From assembly GCA_046538485.1 (NCBI GenBank), contig JBKHIT010000103.1, forward strand, positions 1 through 10,308: a stretch of DNA of 10,308 bases, in the 5' to 3' direction. A model generated the notes under the pieces. That model had not been told where the DNA came from and did no database searches. It saw only the letters and a list, made by a program, of their open reading frames with translations. Source of the DNA: Candidatus Brocadiia bacterium. GTDB lineage: Bacteria; Planctomycetota; Brocadiia; SM23-32. Positions 7,624 to 10,308 of this stretch are shown piece by piece (positions within the stretch are counted from its first letter, which is position 1; the number at the start of each line of letters is the position of its first letter). Both the position numbers and the translations under genes were made by a program.

Positions 7624-7728
7624 ACGGCGGTTTGTCCGTTCCCCGTTCACTCAGTCCAGTCCGTGCTCCGTTCACTGATCACCGGTAACCGCTCACCGCG
7701 TTCATCCCGGTGGAGCTGTACTCTTGCA

Positions 7729-8565
7729 CTACCGGCCGTCCACGCACCTCCACGCCACAGCCCCCGTCTCCGTATCAATTTCCATCATCCGTTTCATCTC
7801 GTACTCGCTCCCGACCACAAACGTCCTCAGACCTCCCTCGCTGTATTCGTCCGCCCCGTGACGGTGCCCGCAGACCGCGCATTCCACCTTCTCGCACCGA
7901 CTCAAAAGTTTTCCAAACGCGGCCGTCCCGAGGTAGGCTCGACAGAACTCGAGCGGGGGGTCAGCCGGACCATACATCAACTCCGCAAAGGGCAGGTGAT
8001 GCAGGATAGCAATCACACTGTCGACATCTTTCGCGACCTCGCGGTAATGCCCACGCAATTTCCGCAGGCACATCTGCGTGAACTGTTCATCGGAATAATC
8101 CCACCGGATGAAAACCCGATCGTTCCAGCTGCACACTCCGGGCATCGTTTTGTTGCGGTAATCCTCCAGAGTAAGTCCGATGTCCTGATTGCGAAACGAA
8201 TAATCGTACCATCCGATATTCCCGATGAACCCCAGGCCATGGTGAATCACCGGACTTTTGTCCAGATAATGAAAATCCGCCCCCCGACTGATCCGCGGGA
8301 GCACCTCCCGATACAGCCGCTCGCTGTCGCCGTCGCGCGTCCAGAGATCGTGATTGCCCGGCACCAGCAATTTCACCCCATCGAAATCCCCGAACAAGGA
8401 CAGACATTCCGCAAACCCTTTCTCACTGGAATCGGCCACATCCCCCGCGATGACAAAAACGTCTGCCTCCGACCCGCACACCAGCTCCGCGAGCTTTTCC
8501 GTGGCGGCGTCGCCTCTGGGGTAGAGGTTCCAGTGAAGGTCGGCCGTCACGAGTACCTTCGGCAT
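7729..8565 (-). CDS. Calcineurin-like metallophosphoesterase, 278 aa
   Basis: All five metal-binding motifs: ADLH, AGD, GNHD, LHHLP, GHRH; also GWYDYSF. GGAG SD overlaps the end of the MFS gene. Confidence 0.92.
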   Translation of the reverse strand: MPKVLVTADLHWNLYPRGDAATEKLAELVCGSEADVFVIAGDVADSSEKGFAECLSLFGDFDGVKLLVPGNHDLWTRDGDSERLYREVLPRISRGADFHYLDKSPVIHHGLGFIGNIGWYDYSFRNQDIGLTLEDYRNKTMPGVCSWNDRVFIRWDYSDEQFTQMCLRKLRGHYREVAKDVDSVIAILHHLPFAELMYGPADPPLEFCRAYLGTAAFGKLLSRCEKVECAVCGHRHGADEYSEGGLRTFVVGSEYEMKRMMEIDTETGAVAWRCVDGR

Positions 8566-8571
8566 CGATTT

Positions 8572-9828
8572 TCACTCCCTGGATCCTGCGGTCGGATCGG
8601 TTTTAGCTCTGGGATTCAGAATAAGGAAAAGCAGTGCAGCCAGCAAAGCGCAGCTCGCACCGAATCCCAGCGCCACATGCGGACCGTACTCGCCGAGCCG
8701 GTCCCATTCCCACAACAGACCGCAGATGAGACTCGCCGGCAACGCGGCCGCACCCACCACAAAATGGTAGAACCCGATTCCCGTTGCCCGACCGCGTTTC
8801 GGCGCCAGATCGGCCGCGAATGCCCGCTCAACGCCTTCGCTGAGCGCGTAAAAAAGCCCGTAGGCCGCAAACAGCACATAAACCGCCACGGTCGATGCCG
8901 CGAACGCAAATCCGAAATATACCGCCGAATAATACACCCACGCCGTCACGATGACCGATTTGCGGCCGATTTTGTCCGATACGATCCCCGCCGGCGTCGA
9001 AAACAGCGCATGCACCACACTCATTGCGAAAACCAGCAACGGCATGTGCCAGATCGCCAGATCCAGGTCCGAAGCCCGCAGGATCAAAAACATATTGCTG
9101 CTGTTTCCAAGCCAGAATACGAAAACGATCACATACCATTTGATCAGATCCGGGGTAAGGATTTCTCGCAGGTCCCCGAACTTCAGCTTGCCGTCCTCTG
9201 GTGTCTCCGGCACACGTTCCCGGATGCCCCACATCACAATCGAAACCGCAACCACGCCCGGGAGGGCCGCAATCCAGATCAGCGTCCGAAGGCTCGTTTC
9301 GAGTTCGCTACCGAGAGATTTCAGGATGAGGAAGGCAACGAACATGCCGACCGCAGCTCCGGCCGTATCGAGCGTCCGATGCAGACCAAACGCTTTCCCG
9401 CGGTTCGCCGATGGCGTGGAATCGGCGATCAACGCATCGCGCGGCGCCGTGCGGACGCCTTTCCCGAGCCGATCCAGAAATCGCAGTCCCAGGACGTGCC
9501 AGAGGCTTCCGGCAGCCGACAGAAGAGGGCGGGTGCAGGCCGCGAGCCAGTATCCCGCAAAGATAGCCGGTTTGCGCTTGCGAAAAACGTCCGAGAACCA
9601 GCCTGATACCGGTTTAAGAATGCTCGCCGTGGCCTGAGCCACACCCCCGATCAGCCCGATCCCGATGGCCGGCACACCGAGGACGGAACTCAAAAATACC
9701 GCCACCACGTGCGGATAAATCATGTCCGAACTGAGATCATTGAAGAAACTCACGATCCCCAGCAACAAAGTATTCCGGCTGATCCCTTTTAGCGGACCAT
9801 CTTCTTTGTTCTCGTTTTCCGTATCCAT
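8572..9828 (-). CDS. Major facilitator superfamily transporter, 418 aa
   Basis: About 12 hydrophobic segments; motif A-like GWFSDVFRKRK and GIVSDKIGRK; conserved RFLDRLGKGVRTAPRDALIAD and RGKAFGLHRTLDTAGA. Substrate cannot be inferred. Confidence 0.93.
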   Translation of the reverse strand: MDTENENKEDGPLKGISRNTLLLGIVSFFNDLSSDMIYPHVVAVFLSSVLGVPAIGIGLIGGVAQATASILKPVSGWFSDVFRKRKPAIFAGYWLAACTRPLLSAAGSLWHVLGLRFLDRLGKGVRTAPRDALIADSTPSANRGKAFGLHRTLDTAGAAVGMFVAFLILKSLGSELETSLRTLIWIAALPGVVAVSIVMWGIRERVPETPEDGKLKFGDLREILTPDLIKWYVIVFVFWLGNSSNMFLILRASDLDLAIWHMPLLVFAMSVVHALFSTPAGIVSDKIGRKSVIVTAWVYYSAVYFGFAFAASTVAVYVLFAAYGLFYALSEGVERAFAADLAPKRGRATGIGFYHFVVGAAALPASLICGLLWEWDRLGEYGPHVALGFGASCALLAALLFLILNPRAKTDPTAGSRE

Positions 9829-9869
9829 GTTTTTATTGCGCGAAGTTATCCGAAGAAAATAAGCACATC

Positions 9870-9878
9870 ATGATATCA
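9870..9878 (-). promoter_or_regulatory. Putative extended -10 promoter for the MFS-phosphoesterase pair
   Basis: TG-A-TATCAT on - strand ~42 bp upstream of ATG 9828 in an AT-rich patch; overlaps palindromes TGATATCA (9871-9878) and ATCATGAT (9867-9874). Confidence 0.3.
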
Positions 9879-9914
9879 GAATTAGGTAATCGTGAACAGG
9901 GGGACGGACAGTGA

Positions 9915-10017
9915 GAATTTGCGCTGTGGGTCTTTTCGCTGCCCGACAGCCGAACATTCCCCAAAAATCCCGGCTGACTCAGCCCTCGGACGGGGCGCAA
10001 ATTCCTTCATTTTCCTT
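9915..10017 (-). repeat. ~100-bp terminal-inverted-repeat element, copy B (inverted relative to 474-576)
   Basis: GAATTTGCGC (9915-9924) and GCGCAAATTC (9995-10004) are perfect 10-bp inverted repeats; reverse complement matches 474-576 at 91/103. Confidence 0.9.
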
Positions 10018-10044
10018 TAGCCTGCCGACTGCCGTTCCAAAAGA

Positions 10045-10270
10045 GGCCCGTAGGGCCGGAGCAGATGTAGCCCCGGGCGATCCCGGGTCGTTGGGGAGAG
10101 CCCGGGGTTAGGGGTTTGAGGGACGTGCCAGCGGAGCGCGCAAACTGTGTTCGACGCGGCAAACTTGCCGCGCTCGCCTCCGGCGAGGCGCTCCGCCTCC
10201 TTCGGCTGCTCCCCAATGCTAACCCGGGGCTCGCTGGGCCAGACAGCGGCCTTATTTCGCCCCGGGCTAC
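10045..10270. repeat. Palindromic REPIN/MITE-like element, copy B (left arm 10045-10068 plus core 10069-10270)
   Basis: Core is a direct repeat of 42-243. GTAG at 10067-10070 and CTAC at 10267-10270 bound it. Left arm has GGCCC-GTA-GGGCC, then GCAGATGTAGCCCCGGGCGA, which is the reverse complement (1 mismatch) of TCGCCCCGGGCTACATCTGC at 230-249. Confidence 0.9.
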
Positions 10271-10308
10271 GGCGTGAATTGTCGTGATAGAGCACCGAGT
10301 CGTAAACG

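Noticed and set aside
8566..8574. Selenocysteine or stop read-through fusion of MFS and phosphoesterase
   Set aside because: No SECIS-like hairpin recognised after the TGA, both proteins are complete alone, and the downstream gene has its own SD.
7432..9606. 724-aa ORF on + strand
   Set aside because: Antisense shadow of the MFS and phosphoesterase genes, which share a frame; R/H/P-rich, no motifs, and it starts inside a repeat.
1..10308. Prophage, ICE or autonomous transposon
   Set aside because: No integrase, transposase, relaxase or phage gene; cargo includes housekeeping aroB and dprA.

Overview
Bacterial chromosomal segment with two convergent gene blocks. The + block encodes a GH57 glycoside hydrolase with alpha-galactosidase-type motifs (656-2200), a YyaL/SSP411 thioredoxin + (alpha/alpha)6 protein (2350-4509) and a probable decayed TlpA-type thioredoxin (~4532-4769). 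The - block encodes an MFS transporter (9828-8572), a calcineurin-like metallophosphoesterase (8565-7729), aroB (7058-5967) and dprA (~5937-4795). The most unusual content is non-coding. (i) A 202-bp palindromic REPIN-like element occurs as a direct repeat at both ends (42-243, 10069-10270; 18 mismatches by manual alignment). (ii) A ~103-bp element with terminal inverted repeats occurs in inverted orientation (474-576, 9915-10017; 12 mismatches), each copy 80-87 bp upstream of the first gene of a block. (iii) A REP-rich spacer (7134-7676) holds a six-hairpin composite palindrome with clear compensatory base changes. No transposase, integrase, RAYT, tRNA, rRNA or CRISPR array was recognised. 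All family calls are from motif recognition, not database searches.
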